Shown here piece after piece: positions 1-9,166 of a DNA stretch of 64,000 bases. Position 1 is the stretch's first letter. Each line of letters begins with the position of its first letter. The stretch is from positions 1 to 64,000 of the forward strand of contig JAXMNT010000009.1 in assembly GCA_034670305.1 (NCBI GenBank), in the 5' to 3' direction. Source of the DNA: Deltaproteobacteria bacterium (GTDB taxonomy: Bacteria > Myxococcota_A > Polyangia > Polyangiales > Houyiibacteriaceae). Below the pieces are notes generated by a model. It did no database searches. It was not told the origin of the DNA and worked only from the letters and a program-made list of their open reading frames with translations. The position numbers were made by a program, and so were the translations under genes.

Positions 1-52
1 CGAGCAGGTCGTCGCGATGCTCGTCGCGCTGATCAAGCGATCTGACCGCTGA
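1..52 (+). CDS. 3' end of a gene truncated by the window edge, possibly a four-helix bundle (23S rRNA IVS-protein-like) protein
   Basis: Frame from nt 2 reads EQVVAMLVALIKRSDR*, stop TGA at 50-52. The amphipathic VAMLxxL end resembles four-helix-bundle protein C-termini and is followed directly by a hexamer tract. Only 16 codons are visible. Confidence 0.4.
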   Translation, partial: EQVVAMLVALIKRSDR

Positions 53-57
53 TCCGC

Positions 58-96
58 GGGCAAGGGCAAAGGCAAGGGCAGGGGCAAGGGGCAGGC
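58..96. repeat. Degenerate hexamer tract (GGGCAA)n
   Basis: gggcaagggcaaaggcaagggcaggggcaaggggcaggc, between convergent stops at 52 and 133. Confidence 0.85.
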
Positions 97-132
97 TGCG
101 AGAACGCCCTGCGGGCGTTCTTCAGCGGCCTG

Positions 133-447
133 CTAGGGATCGATGCCGAAGTCGCGCCGAAACTCGAGGCACTGCGGCGACCCCCGCTCGAACTCGCGGC
201 ACGTCGTCCCGCGGATCTCGTAGATCTGGCACGCGTTCTCGCTGAGGTCCGTCCCGAGGTGCACGCACGCCCCCGCGTCGTCCGTCTGAAACGCCACGAG
301 CCCAAAGTGTCCCGGCTGCACCGCCGCCGCGACATCCTCCCGCCCCATCCCCTTCCACCGCACCAGATCCTCCGCCGGAATCAGAATCCGCCCATCCGCC
401 CCCGTCCGACAACACGCCCCACACGTCAGACAATCGAGCTCAGACAC
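133..447 (-). CDS. YkgJ-family (CxxCxxCC) cysteine-cluster protein, 104 aa
   Basis: DCLTCGACC...GACVHL...[16 protein letters not shown] motif set. GTG start at 447 overlaps the stop of the upstream gene at 440. The longer 133..798 ORF only adds repeat-derived PKPK sequence. Confidence 0.85.
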   Translation of the reverse strand: MSELDCLTCGACCRTGADGRILIPAEDLVRWKGMGREDVAAAVQPGHFGLVAFQTDDAGACVHLGTDLSENACQIYEIRGTTCREFERGSPQCLEFRRDFGIDP

Positions 448-1159
448 CCCGCACCGCCTCGGGGTCGGGATCAGGCTTGGCGGCCTCGGATTCGGGGTCG
501 GCATCGGCGTCGGCTTCGGCGTCGGATTCGGGGTCGGCGTCGGATTCGGATTCGGGGTCGGCGTCGGATTCGGGATCGGCAGCGGGATCGGATTCGGCCT
601 CGGCTTCGGTTTCGGCTTCGGCTTCGGCTTCGGGATCGGCTTCGGGATCGGCTTCGGGATCGGCTTCGGATTCAGGATCGGCTTCGGCGTCGGATCGGGC
701 ACGGGCACGGGCACGGGCACGGGCTTCCTCGTCGACTTCAGCCCCAGCCCCAGCCCCAGCCCCAGCCCCAGCTTCAGCCTCTGGCGCAGCCCCAGCATCA
801 GCCGCAGCCCCCGCAGCCCGCGCCCGCGCCCGGCCCGCGCTGCGCGCCCGCCACACCAGCATCGCGACGAACAGCACCGCGACCAACGCGTACGCCGCGT
901 ACCACCAGGGGATCGTCACCATGCCGAGCGCTTGCAGCACGATGCTCACGCCCCCGAGCAGGAAGACGGCTGCGATCGACCCGTGCACCCAGCGGTTGCG
1001 GCCGACGCTGTCGATCGCGGCGAGGATCGACCGTGCGGCACCGACGGCAAGGGCGCCCATCCAGAACCAGAGTTGGTACTCGGGGAAGAAGAGGCCGGCG
1101 GCGAACACCGCCCAAAGCCCGATCGTCAGTACCCGGTAGATGCTCGAGCCCGTGCCCAC
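440..1159 (-). CDS. Hypothetical membrane protein (about 4 TM helices) with an acidic low-complexity C-terminal tail, 239 aa
   Basis: Four hydrophobic segments ([75 protein letters not shown]), then an AEAE/DPES tail encoded by a hexamer tract. The GTG start at 1159 is inferred. Confidence 0.65.
   Translation of the reverse strand: MGTGSSIYRVLTIGLWAVFAAGLFFPEYQLWFWMGALAVGAARSILAAIDSVGRNRWVHGSIAAVFLLGGVSIVLQALGMVTIPWWYAAYALVAVLFVAMLVWRARSAGRARARAAGAAADAGAAPEAEAGAGAGAGAGAEVDEEARARARARARSDAEADPESEADPEADPEADPEAEAEAETEAEAESDPAADPESDADPESESDADPESDAEADADADPESEAAKPDPDPEAVRGV
470..790. repeat. Compound hexamer tract inside a CDS: (TCGGCT/TCGGAT)n, then (GGGCAC)4, then (CAGCCC)n
   Basis: Directly visible 6-nt periodicity. 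The first block is the reverse complement of the (GCCGAA)n tracts elsewhere in the window. Confidence 0.9.
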
Positions 1160-1243
1160 CCCTTGCTCGTGTCCCCTCCGTGTGCGGCGCGCAAGTGTAA
1201 GCCCTGCCTCTCCACCTGCGTTGGGCCTGCGGAGGTAGAGCGA

Positions 1244-2830
1244 ATGAAGACTGCGTTTCAACACGGCGACACTGCGTTTCCCTCGGCGTTTCCACCGGAC
1301 ACTGCGTTTCCAACCCGCACGCGCGGCTGGGCCCTGCTGCCGCTGCTGCTGGCGATGGCCTGTGGTGGCGGCCACGCGATGCACGCCGACTACGGGGCGG
1401 CGCCGAGTCAGGCCCGCGTGTCCGGCGGCGCATTGCCCCCACCCGCAGAGTCTCCATCGGGTTCGGACACCTATGCCGAACTAGAAGAGAACGGTTTCGT
1501 GCCTGCGTCCCAAGACGCCATGGCAACGTTCTCCCTAGACGTCGACACTGCGTCCTACACCCGCATGCGTCGCGCCCTGCGCGATGGGGCGCTTCCGGAT
1601 CCGGACTCCGTTCGTCCCGAGGAGTACATCAACTTCTTCCGCTGGTCCGAAGCCCCGGCACGGACCGAAGGCGGCGCGCCCTTTGCGGTGCAGCTCGAGC
1701 AGGGTCCGTCGCCCTTCGGGAGCGAGCGCATGCGCCTGCTGCGCGTGGGTGTGCAGGCGGCGGCGATCCCCGCCTCTCAGCGGCCCTCGGCCAACCTCGT
1801 CTTCTTGGTGGACGTGTCCGGCTCGATGGGAAGCGCGAACAAGATCGGACTCGTGAAGTACGCACTCACCACGTTGGTGAACACGCTGCGCGAGGACGAC
1901 ACCGTCGGCATCGTGGTGTACGCGGGACAGGTCGGCACGTTGATCGAACCGACGCCGGTGGCCCAGCGTGGCCGGCTCCTCGAAGCGATCGCGGGGTTGG
2001 CCGCCGGTGGTTCGACGAACGGGGAGGGCGGCATCCGCGCCGCCTACGATCTGGCCGCGCAGCACCACCGACCGGGCGGCATCAACCGCGTGATCATCGC
2101 GACCGATGGCGACTTCAATGTGGGCCTGACCGGCGACCCCCTCATCGAACTCATCGAGCGTTACCGCGACCGCGACATCACCCTGACGGCGCTCGGATTC
2201 GGCGGGGGCAACGACCGTGACATGGAGCGGCTCGCCGACCACGGCAACGGCAGTTACGCGTTCATCGACAACCAGAGCGAAGCCCTCCGGGTGCTTCAGC
2301 GCGACCTCGGCGGCACGCTTCAGGTGGTCGCGCAGGACGTGAAGGTCCAGGTCGAGATGAACCCAGAGCTCGTCGAGCGCTTTCGGCTCATCGGCTACGA
2401 GAACCGGGTGCTCGCGCACGAAGACTTCGACAACGATGGGGTGGACGCGGCCGAGATCGGTTCGGGTCAGTTCACCACCGCGTACCTCGAGTACGAGACC
2501 CGGCCCGGCGTCGCCCACGACGACCCCCGCGTGCTCGCCAGCGTGCGGGTGCGCTACCAAGCGCCGGGCGGAAGCGAGAGCGCGTTGCTCGAGTTCGACG
2601 CGCCGGTGAACGCGGGGGCCGTTTCGATCGAACAGACCTCGCCCGAGTTCCGGTTCGGCGCAGCGGTCGCGGAGTTCGCGGAGATCCTCCGCGGTTCGAG
2701 CCACAGCGAAGGCGCGCGGTTCAGCAGCGTGCTCGAGCTCGCTGGCGGCGCCGGCTACGAAGGCGGCGAGGACGCGGCGGAGTTCCTGACGCTGGTGGAG
2801 ACGGCGGGGAGGCTCTGGCAGCAGCGGTAG
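1244..2830 (+). CDS. YfbK-like von Willebrand factor A domain lipoprotein (vWF_A + VWA + DUF3520-type C-terminus), 528 aa
   Basis: GGAGG RBS at 1231, ATG at 1244. Lipobox-like LLLAMAC; TFSLDVDTASY; MIDAS motif DVSGSM; ATDGDFNVG; RLIGYENR; AVAEFAEILRGS. Confidence 0.9.
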   Translation: MKTAFQHGDTAFPSAFPPDTAFPTRTRGWALLPLLLAMACGGGHAMHADYGAAPSQARVSGGALPPPAESPSGSDTYAELEENGFVPASQDAMATFSLDVDTASYTRMRRALRDGALPDPDSVRPEEYINFFRWSEAPARTEGGAPFAVQLEQGPSPFGSERMRLLRVGVQAAAIPASQRPSANLVFLVDVSGSMGSANKIGLVKYALTTLVNTLREDDTVGIVVYAGQVGTLIEPTPVAQRGRLLEAIAGLAAGGSTNGEGGIRAAYDLAAQHHRPGGINRVIIATDGDFNVGLTGDPLIELIERYRDRDITLTALGFGGGNDRDMERLADHGNGSYAFIDNQSEALRVLQRDLGGTLQVVAQDVKVQVEMNPELVERFRLIGYENRVLAHEDFDNDGVDAAEIGSGQFTTAYLEYETRPGVAHDDPRVLASVRVRYQAPGGSESALLEFDAPVNAGAVSIEQTSPEFRFGAAVAEFAEILRGSSHSEGARFSSVLELAGGAGYEGGEDAAEFLTLVETAGRLWQQR

Positions 2831-2856
2831 ACGGTGCCCCGTGACGGCTCCGCTTC

Positions 2857-2979
2857 GCCGAGGCCGAAGCCGAAGCCGAAGCCGAGGCCGATGCCGAAGC
2901 CGAAGCCGAAGCCGAAGCCGAAGCCGAAGCCGAAGCCGAAGCCGATCCCGAAGCCGAAGCCGATGCCGATGCCGATGCC
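2857..2979. repeat. Hexamer tract (GCCGAA/GCCGAT)n
   Basis: About 20 tandem hexamers between convergent stops at 2830 and 3017. Confidence 0.95.
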
Positions 2980-3016
2980 CCTTTGGCGGGCACGGGCATG
3001 GGTCTCCTAGCTCACG

Positions 3017-3280
3017 TTAGGGGAGTCTTGCCGGTTGGCCGCATTGGGGGGTGGGGGGTTCGGTGGCGCGGGCGGCGCTGCGGATGAGGGGCTCTCGGCA
3101 GATGAAGAGCTGGTCGCCTTGGAGGACCCACATGCCGCCGGGGCCGGCCGCGAGGCTGGTGGAGCCCGGGATGACCTGGGCGTCGCTGGAGCCAGGGCGG
3201 ACGAGGAAGACGAGGGCGGCCAGCAGGATGGCGGTGAGCACGGCCCATGCGGCGTTCGTGCGGGAGAGGTTCTGGGGCAT
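3017..3280 (-). CDS. Small secreted or membrane-anchored hypothetical protein, 87 aa
   Basis: ATG at 3280 with AAGGA upstream; hydrophobic AAWAVLTAILLAALVFLV then SDA-Q; two Cys; GC-rich third codon positions. Confidence 0.65.
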   Translation of the reverse strand: MPQNLSRTNAAWAVLTAILLAALVFLVRPGSSDAQVIPGSTSLAAGPGGMWVLQGDQLFICREPLIRSAARATEPPTPQCGQPARLP

Positions 3281-3403
3281 GCGGAGGTTCCTTCGGAAGT
3301 CGGCCAGGGTGGCGGACGGACGCTCCGGATTCACTCAGGAAACCCATCCACCCGAGTGGAGTCTACGGGTGGGCGAGGGCATTGGCTCCCTCGCGCCTCG
3401 GAC

Positions 3404-4336
3404 TCAGCGACCCGACCAGGGATGGAAGGGCGCGCGGTCGCGGCAGGCGGGGCGGTTTCCGGGCGAGCAATAGATCCGCACGTGGAAGTGGTTCTCGTGG
3501 GTGTTGCCTTCGGCGGGCTGGACGAGCACCCGTTCCGCGCGGGCCAGTACGGAGGCGGGTGCGCCGCGGCGGCGGCCTTCTCGAAGCAGGCGTTGCTTGA
3601 GGTGGTTGGCTACGAAGATGAACTGGATGCGCGCGTCTCCGTCGGCGACGAGCTTCGCGACGAGCTCCCAGTTGCGCGCGTCGTCGAAGGTGAGTCCGCG
3701 GTTCGGACCGGTGCCGCGGCCGTTCGCGTCAAAGGCTGCAAACGCGAAGGGTTCGTGCGGCCTTCCGCGTCCGTCGAGCATGTAGAACGAGACGTCGGCG
3801 TCGCGGCCGTTCTGGTGGGAGGCGTGGCCGGGAATGCGGCCGCCGCCCTCGCGGCTCAGTTCACCGACCGAGAGTTTGGCGCCCGGAAGTCGGCGCGACA
3901 CGCGGTACGCGGCGCGTTCGAGGAGCTGCACGAGCTCCCAGGTGCCGTAGTGGTTCCCGGCTGCCGCGTACTCGGTGACGTGGCGCAGATAGCGGCTCTC
4001 GCGAAGCTGGACGCCGCGCTGGAGCCGGCCCTGGAACGGGTAGCCCTGCGAACGGCTGCGGTGACTCAGTCGGCGCGCCCCGCGACCGCGGGTTGCGTCT
4101 CCGGTCGGGCCGGGTTTGTTCGCTTCGGAGTCTTCGGCGTCCGCGGCAGCTTCGGTGGGGCGCGCGACGTCTCCCTCTGGCTCGCTGTCCGGAGCCTCGA
4201 CGACGGGCTCCGGCGCGCGGTCTTTGAGCACCGTCTTGAGGGGCGCACCCGCGTCGGCGGATGCGTGTTCCGCACTCGGCCAACCCAGCGCAAGCGCAAG
4301 GATCACCAGCGATAGCACCACGAGAAGTCGCCCCAT
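3404..4336 (-). CDS. mepA: Penicillin-insensitive murein endopeptidase (MepA family)
   Basis: Signal peptide; NHYGT; VGELSREGGG; HASHQNGRDAD and HENHFHVRI zinc motifs of LAS/MepA peptidases. Confidence 0.85.
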   Translation of the reverse strand: MGRLLVVLSLVILALALGWPSAEHASADAGAPLKTVLKDRAPEPVVEAPDSEPEGDVARPTEAAADAEDSEANKPGPTGDATRGRGARRLSHRSRSQGYPFQGRLQRGVQLRESRYLRHVTEYAAAGNHYGTWELVQLLERAAYRVSRRLPGAKLSVGELSREGGGRIPGHASHQNGRDADVSFYMLDGRGRPHEPFAFAAFDANGRGTGPNRGLTFDDARNWELVAKLVADGDARIQFIFVANHLKQRLLREGRRRGAPASVLARAERVLVQPAEGNTHENHFHVRIYCSPGNRPACRDRAPFHPWSGR

Positions 4337-4401
4337 GGATCACGGGTACCGAATGCCGATCCACCGAGCAAGAAAGTGGTCTTCGAGCCCGCCGCCGCGG
4401 G

Positions 4402-5067
4402 CTACTTGGCGGGCGTCGGCGTGGGCGCAGGCAGGATGTCGGCGACGCGGGCGAGGCTGCGCAGCAGGGGCTCGCGTCCTTCGGCGCTCGTCGCGCTGAA
4501 GGGGAACACCCGGACGCCGAGTGCTTCCTTGATCTTCTGGACCTCGAGCTTCCGTTGGTTGCGCGGGATCTTGTCGATCTTGGTCGCGACGACCAGACAG
4601 CGGCGATCGATCGACTGCAGGTACTCGATGAGCTGCGCGTCGTCGTCTTCCGGGCCACGCCGCACATCCACGATCACCACAAGGCCTCGGAGGCCGGGTC
4701 GGTCGCGCAAGAACCCTTCGATGAGCGGACCCCAGGAACGCCGCTCGGTCTTGCTGCGTTTGGCGTAGCCGTAGCCAGGCAGGTCGACCAGATCCACCTC
4801 GGCGCGGGTCTCTTCGACCCCTTCTTCGGTGGAGCGGATGCGCCAGCCGGTTCGGAAGATGTTGATGCCGCGGGTCGCGCCCGGTTTGCTGCTCGTCCGC
4901 ACGAGCTTCTTCCGCTGGACCAGGCAGTTGATCAACGACGACTTGCCGACGTTCGACCGGCCGCCGAACGCGATTTCGGTGAACGCGGGGGGCGGAAGCG
5001 AAGCCAGGGTGTTCGCGGAAGCCACGAAGTCCGCGGTGAGGATGTCGATCTCGATGGGGGTGCTCAT
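4402..5067 (-). CDS. engB: Ribosome biogenesis GTP-binding protein YihA/YsxC
   Basis: EIAFGGRSNVGKSSLIN (G1), TSSKPGAT (G2), DLPGYGYAK (G3), TKID (G4). Confidence 0.97.
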   Translation of the reverse strand: MSTPIEIDILTADFVASANTLASLPPPAFTEIAFGGRSNVGKSSLINCLVQRKKLVRTSSKPGATRGINIFRTGWRIRSTEEGVEETRAEVDLVDLPGYGYAKRSKTERRSWGPLIEGFLRDRPGLRGLVVIVDVRRGPEDDDAQLIEYLQSIDRRCLVVATKIDKIPRNQRKLEVQKIKEALGVRVFPFSATSAEGREPLLRSLARVADILPAPTPTPAK

Positions 5068-5125
5068 GCTCGGCTCACGCCACGCCCGGAAGACGTGGAT
5101 CGGCGGACCCCGCCAAATCGCAGGA

Positions 5126-8100
5126 TCAGTCGGTGAGTCCTACCACGCGCGCGACACCCTGCACGGTGCTGGTCGCGCCGGAGCCACATTGGCCGTCCGA
5201 GTTGCGTCCCCAGCAGTACACATCGCCCGAATGCGCGATGGCGCACCGATGGCCGCCGTACGAATCGCTCAGCTGCTTGATCTGGAAGCCGAGGTCCACG
5301 ATTTGCGTCCAGGACATCGCGGGATCCAGCCCCCCCGGGATCATGTCCTGGCTGGTGTTGGCGCCCCGACACCAGACCGAACCGTCGTCGAAGAGCGCGC
5401 AGGTGCCGTCCGGGTCCATGCTCAGTTCGCGCACCGATCGACCGCCGGGCGTCCCGGTTCGAGCTGGGTTCTGGGTGCCGGTGGTTCCGGACCCGATGCC
5501 GCTTTGGCCGAACTCGTCCGCGCCCCAACACCAGATTTCGGCGCCGGTGTCGCCGTCGAAGATGGCGCAGGTGTGCGTCTGCCCCATCGTCAGAAAGCTC
5601 ATCCCTTCGAAGGGCATCACCACCGAATCGGTGGGCAACCCCGAGTCTGCGCCGGTGCGTCCTTGTTGGAACGTCGCGTTGAGTCCCCAGCACTCGAGCC
5701 GGAGACCGTCGAACACGACGCGCGGCTCGGAGCAGTTGAAGTCCGGCCCCGCGGCGAGCTGCCTTGGCTCTCTCGACACGAACACCTGGATCGGCGCCTG
5801 CCGGTCGGCGGCTCCTGAGTCGCCGTTCGCGCCGAAGGCACCGCTGCCCCAGCAGTGGATCTCGTTCGCGCCAGCGTCATCCCACAGGCCGCAGGTGTGT
5901 TCGTCGCCCATGACGACTTGCAGCGCGACGCCCGACTGGCCGGTCACGAGGGTCGGGGTGTTGGTGTTCACCGAGATCCCGCCGTGGCCGAGCTGCCCAC
6001 GCCCGTCGTTGCCCCAACAGAAGATTCGGTCGAGTCCACTCCCGCCGTCGAATGCGACCGCGCAGATGGCCTCGATGCCGACGGCCACGTCGCGTACGCC
6101 GGTCAAGGGCATGAGCAAGGGCGTGGCGCTCTCCGTCGGTGCCGCGGCAGCGAGCTGTCCGCTTCCGTTGTCCCCCCAACAGAGCAGGGATCCATTGCTG
6201 CGCACCGCGCAGGTGTTGGTGGGCGAGGTCACGACCGCGGCGATCCGGTCGCAGACCCCACCGGAACACGTGCCGCCGGGCCCACACGAGATCCCGCAGC
6301 CGCCGCAGTTCAACGGATCGTTGGAAACGTTCTGTTCGCAGTCCGACGGGTCGGCGTCGCAGCCCGCGCGTCCCGTCTGACAGGAGACCTCGCACGAACC
6401 GCCAAGGCATGCGGAGGTGCCGATGCCCATGGTGCCGGGCGCCGGGCAGGCGTTGCCACACACACCGCAGTTGTTGGGGTCGGTTTGGTTGTCCGTGCAT
6501 GCGCCGCCGCACCGGACGTTCGGCGGGAAACACTCGGGCACACACGACCCGGCTTCGCAGACTTCGCCGGTGAAACACGAGGTGCCGCAGGTGCCGCAGT
6601 TCGTCGGGTCGGTGTTCGTGTCGGTGCAGAAGGTGTCGCACAGCGTGAACGGCGCGCCACAGCTCGTCACGCACGCGCCGCCTTCGCAGCGCTCATCGAA
6701 GTTGCAGTTGCGCCCACACGCGCCGCAGTGGTCCGGGTCCGTGGTGCGGTCGACGCAGAAGCCGTCGCAGATGGCCCGCGGCGCAGTGCAGGCGCACGCG
6801 CCGCCGGCGCAGACCTCACCCGCAGGGCAGAAGAATCCGCACGATCCGCAGTTCGACTCGTCGTTCATCGTGTCGACGCATTGGTTGTTGCAGAGCGCGC
6901 CCACCCCGCAGGTGCGGACTTCACAGCGCGCTGCGCCGGCGACCCGTCCCACACAGACCGAAGTCGAACCGGCCGGAAAGAAGGTGGTGCAATCGCGGAC
7001 CGTGGTGGGCGGGCAGCCGCACGAGGTCGGATCCATGGGCGCTTCGCAGCCGTTGCTCGGGAGGCCGTCGCAGTCGGCGAATCCGTCGCGGCACTGGTTC
7101 TCGCATCGGGCGCCGCCGCCTTCGACGCGGCATTCGCTGAACGTGCCCGCGTCGCCGACGGGACAGACCACGCCGCATCCGCCGCAATCGCTCGGCGTGT
7201 CGAGCCGGGTCTCGCATCCGTTGCTCGGGTCCCCGTCGCAGTCCTCGGTTTCGCCCGGCACACACTCGGAGAAACACGTGCCGGAGACGCACATCGGGAA
7301 GCTCGAGGTCATCGTGCACGCGTTGCCGCAGGCGCCGCAGTTCAGGATGTCGCTCGAGGTGTCGCGCTCGCAGCCGTCGCTGAGCTGTCCGTTGCAGTCG
7401 TCGACGCCTTCTTCACACGTCGCGACCACGCACCGTCCGGCCTCGCAGTTCATGTCGGTCACGCCCATGCCGAAGGGCATCAAACACGTCCGGCCGCAGC
7501 CACCGCAGTCGTCGATGCTGTCGGTGCGGGTCTCGCAGCCGTTGGAGACGGTGCCGTCGCAATCCGCTCTGTTGGCCGCGCACGCGTCGATCTGGCACGT
7601 GGATGCACTGCAACTCACCGCCAAGGCATCGGGCCCGCCGGCGCATACGGTGCCGCAGCCGCCGCAGTTGTCCTGGTCGACGCGGGTGTCGGTCTCGCAG
7701 CTGCCGTCCCCGTCGCAGTCGGACAACCCGGGGGGGCACCCGCACACCCCATCCTCGTCGACGTCTCCGTCGCAGTCGTCGTCGGCGGTGTTGCACCGCT
7801 CGACGGCGCCGGGGAAACGGTTGGGGGAGCCGTCGTTGCAGTCGTCGGCGTTGGCGACGTAGCCCGCGGGCGGCGTGCATGAACGAACCGGCGCGTTCTC
7901 GGGATCGGAGTCGGTCCCGAAGCCATCGCCGTCTCCGTCGTAGAACCAGCTCCGGTCCTCGGCGTCTTCGTCGACGATCTCATCGCAGTCGTTGTCGCGT
8001 CCGTCGCAGGTCTCTTCGGTGCCGGGGCCCGCGCTCGGATCGCGGTCGTCGCAGTCGACGCCGCCAGGCGGTCCACACCCGAGATCCAAGAGCCCGTCGC

Positions 8101-9166
8101 CGTCGTCGTCCTCGAAGTCGCCCGGCGCCACCTCGAAGTCGGCGGCGCCGTTGCAGTCGTCGTCGAGTCCGTTGCACATCTCGGTGGCGGCCGGGTTGAT
8201 CGCCGCTGCGGTGTCGTCGCAGTCGTTGTCTCGAAGCGTGTGGCCGGCCACCGGTTCGCACGACATCACCACGCCGCTCGCGCGGCTTCCGAATCCGTCG
8301 CCGTCGAGATCCGCGAACCAGTCCACGGGTCGTCCGTCGGCATCGGTGGTCGTGTCGTCGCAGTCGTTGTCCTGGCCGTCGCAGATCTCGACCTGACCGG
8401 GGTTTCGGGAGGGGTCGTCGTCGTCGCAGTCCGCGGGCGCGCCCGCGGGGACGAAGCCCGGTCGGCCGGGGCAGGCTTCGAGCGGCAGCGTCGCATCGCC
8501 GAACCCATCCCGGTCGGCGTCCACGAATCCCGCCGTCCGTACGCCCTCGTCGATCGAGGCGTCGCAGTCGTTGTCGATCGAGTCGCACACTTCGGTCGTC
8601 GCCGGGTTGGCGTTCGGGCGCAGGTCGTCGCAGTCCTGGCCGCAGTTCATGCCGCCTTCGCCATCGGGGTTGCAGCACACGTCGTCGATGTAGCCGTCGC
8701 CGTCGAGGTCCCGCGCGCCGATCGTGTCCAAGTCGCAGTCTTCGTCGTGGCCCTCGAGGTCGCAGACCTCCGGGTTGCCCGGGAAGCGCAACGCGTCCGC
8801 GTCGTCGCAGTCGGCGCCGAGGGGCGCGCCGTCGCCATCGAGGCAGGCCGCGTCCCGGGAGCCGTCGCCATCGACATCCGGCGCTGCGGCGACGCACGCG
8901 TCGAGCTCGTCGTCGCACAGATCGATCGTGCACTCGATTCCGTCGTCGCACAGAATCGTCTCGCCGGGCACGCAAGTGCCCGTTTCGCAGGACTCGACGC
9001 CGTTGCAGAACAGGCCGTCGTCGCACGTCCGGTCGGTCGTACATTCCGGCGCCGCATCCACGCCGGTGTCGTCGTTGCCGCCGTCGAACGCCATGCTCGA
9101 GTCGTCGCCACACGCGAGCACGCCGAGCAGGCACGCACAGAGGAACCAAGTGTTTCGAACGCTCAT
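5126..9166 (-). CDS. Giant Cys/Asp-rich lipoprotein, paralogue 3: 6 MopE-type repeats + 9 CGxC repeats + RCC1-like C-terminal domain, 1346 aa
   Basis: Start MSVRNTWFLCACLLGVLAC-GDD overlaps the upstream stop (ATGA 9163-9166). DCDD..PG..E.CDG.DNDCDG repeats; NCGxCGxxC repeats; CWGxNxxGQL RCC1 repeats. Confidence 0.92.
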   Translation of the reverse strand: MSVRNTWFLCACLLGVLACGDDSSMAFDGGNDDTGVDAAPECTTDRTCDDGLFCNGVESCETGTCVPGETILCDDGIECTIDLCDDELDACVAAAPDVDGDGSRDAACLDGDGAPLGADCDDADALRFPGNPEVCDLEGHDEDCDLDTIGARDLDGDGYIDDVCCNPDGEGGMNCGQDCDDLRPNANPATTEVCDSIDNDCDASIDEGVRTAGFVDADRDGFGDATLPLEACPGRPGFVPAGAPADCDDDDPSRNPGQVEICDGQDNDCDDTTTDADGRPVDWFADLDGDGFGSRASGVVMSCEPVAGHTLRDNDCDDTAAAINPAATEMCNGLDDDCNGAADFEVAPGDFEDDDGDGLLDLGCGPPGGVDCDDRDPSAGPGTEETCDGRDNDCDEIVDEDAEDRSWFYDGDGDGFGTDSDPENAPVRSCTPPAGYVANADDCNDGSPNRFPGAVERCNTADDDCDGDVDEDGVCGCPPGLSDCDGDGSCETDTRVDQDNCGGCGTVCAGGPDALAVSCSASTCQIDACAANRADCDGTVSNGCETRTDSIDDCGGCGRTCLMPFGMGVTDMNCEAGRCVVATCEEGVDDCNGQLSDGCERDTSSDILNCGACGNACTMTSSFPMCVSGTCFSECVPGETEDCDGDPSNGCETRLDTPSDCGGCGVVCPVGDAGTFSECRVEGGGARCENQCRDGFADCDGLPSNGCEAPMDPTSCGCPPTTVRDCTTFFPAGSTSVCVGRVAGAARCEVRTCGVGALCNNQCVDTMNDESNCGSCGFFCPAGEVCAGGACACTAPRAICDGFCVDRTTDPDHCGACGRNCNFDERCEGGACVTSCGAPFTLCDTFCTDTNTDPTNCGTCGTSCFTGEVCEAGSCVPECFPPNVRCGGACTDNQTDPNNCGVCGNACPAPGTMGIGTSACLGGSCEVSCQTGRAGCDADPSDCEQNVSNDPLNCGGCGISCGPGGTCSGGVCDRIAAVVTSPTNTCAVRSNGSLLCWGDNGSGQLAAAAPTESATPLLMPLTGVRDVAVGIEAICAVAFDGGSGLDRIFCWGNDGRGQLGHGGISVNTNTPTLVTGQSGVALQVVMGDEHTCGLWDDAGANEIHCWGSGAFGANGDSGAADRQAPIQVFVSREPRQLAAGPDFNCSEPRVVFDGLRLECWGLNATFQQGRTGADSGLPTDSVVMPFEGMSFLTMGQTHTCAIFDGDTGAEIWCWGADEFGQSGIGSGTTGTQNPARTGTPGGRSVRELSMDPDGTCALFDDGSVWCRGANTSQDMIPGGLDPAMSWTQIVDLGFQIKQLSDSYGGHRCAIAHSGDVYCWGRNSDGQCGSGATSTVQGVARVVGLTD

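Noticed and set aside
133-798. 221-aa ORF with a long PKPKPNP N-terminus
   Set aside because: The extension is an alternate-frame reading of the hexamer tract inside the 440-1159 gene; only 133-447 has YkgJ features.
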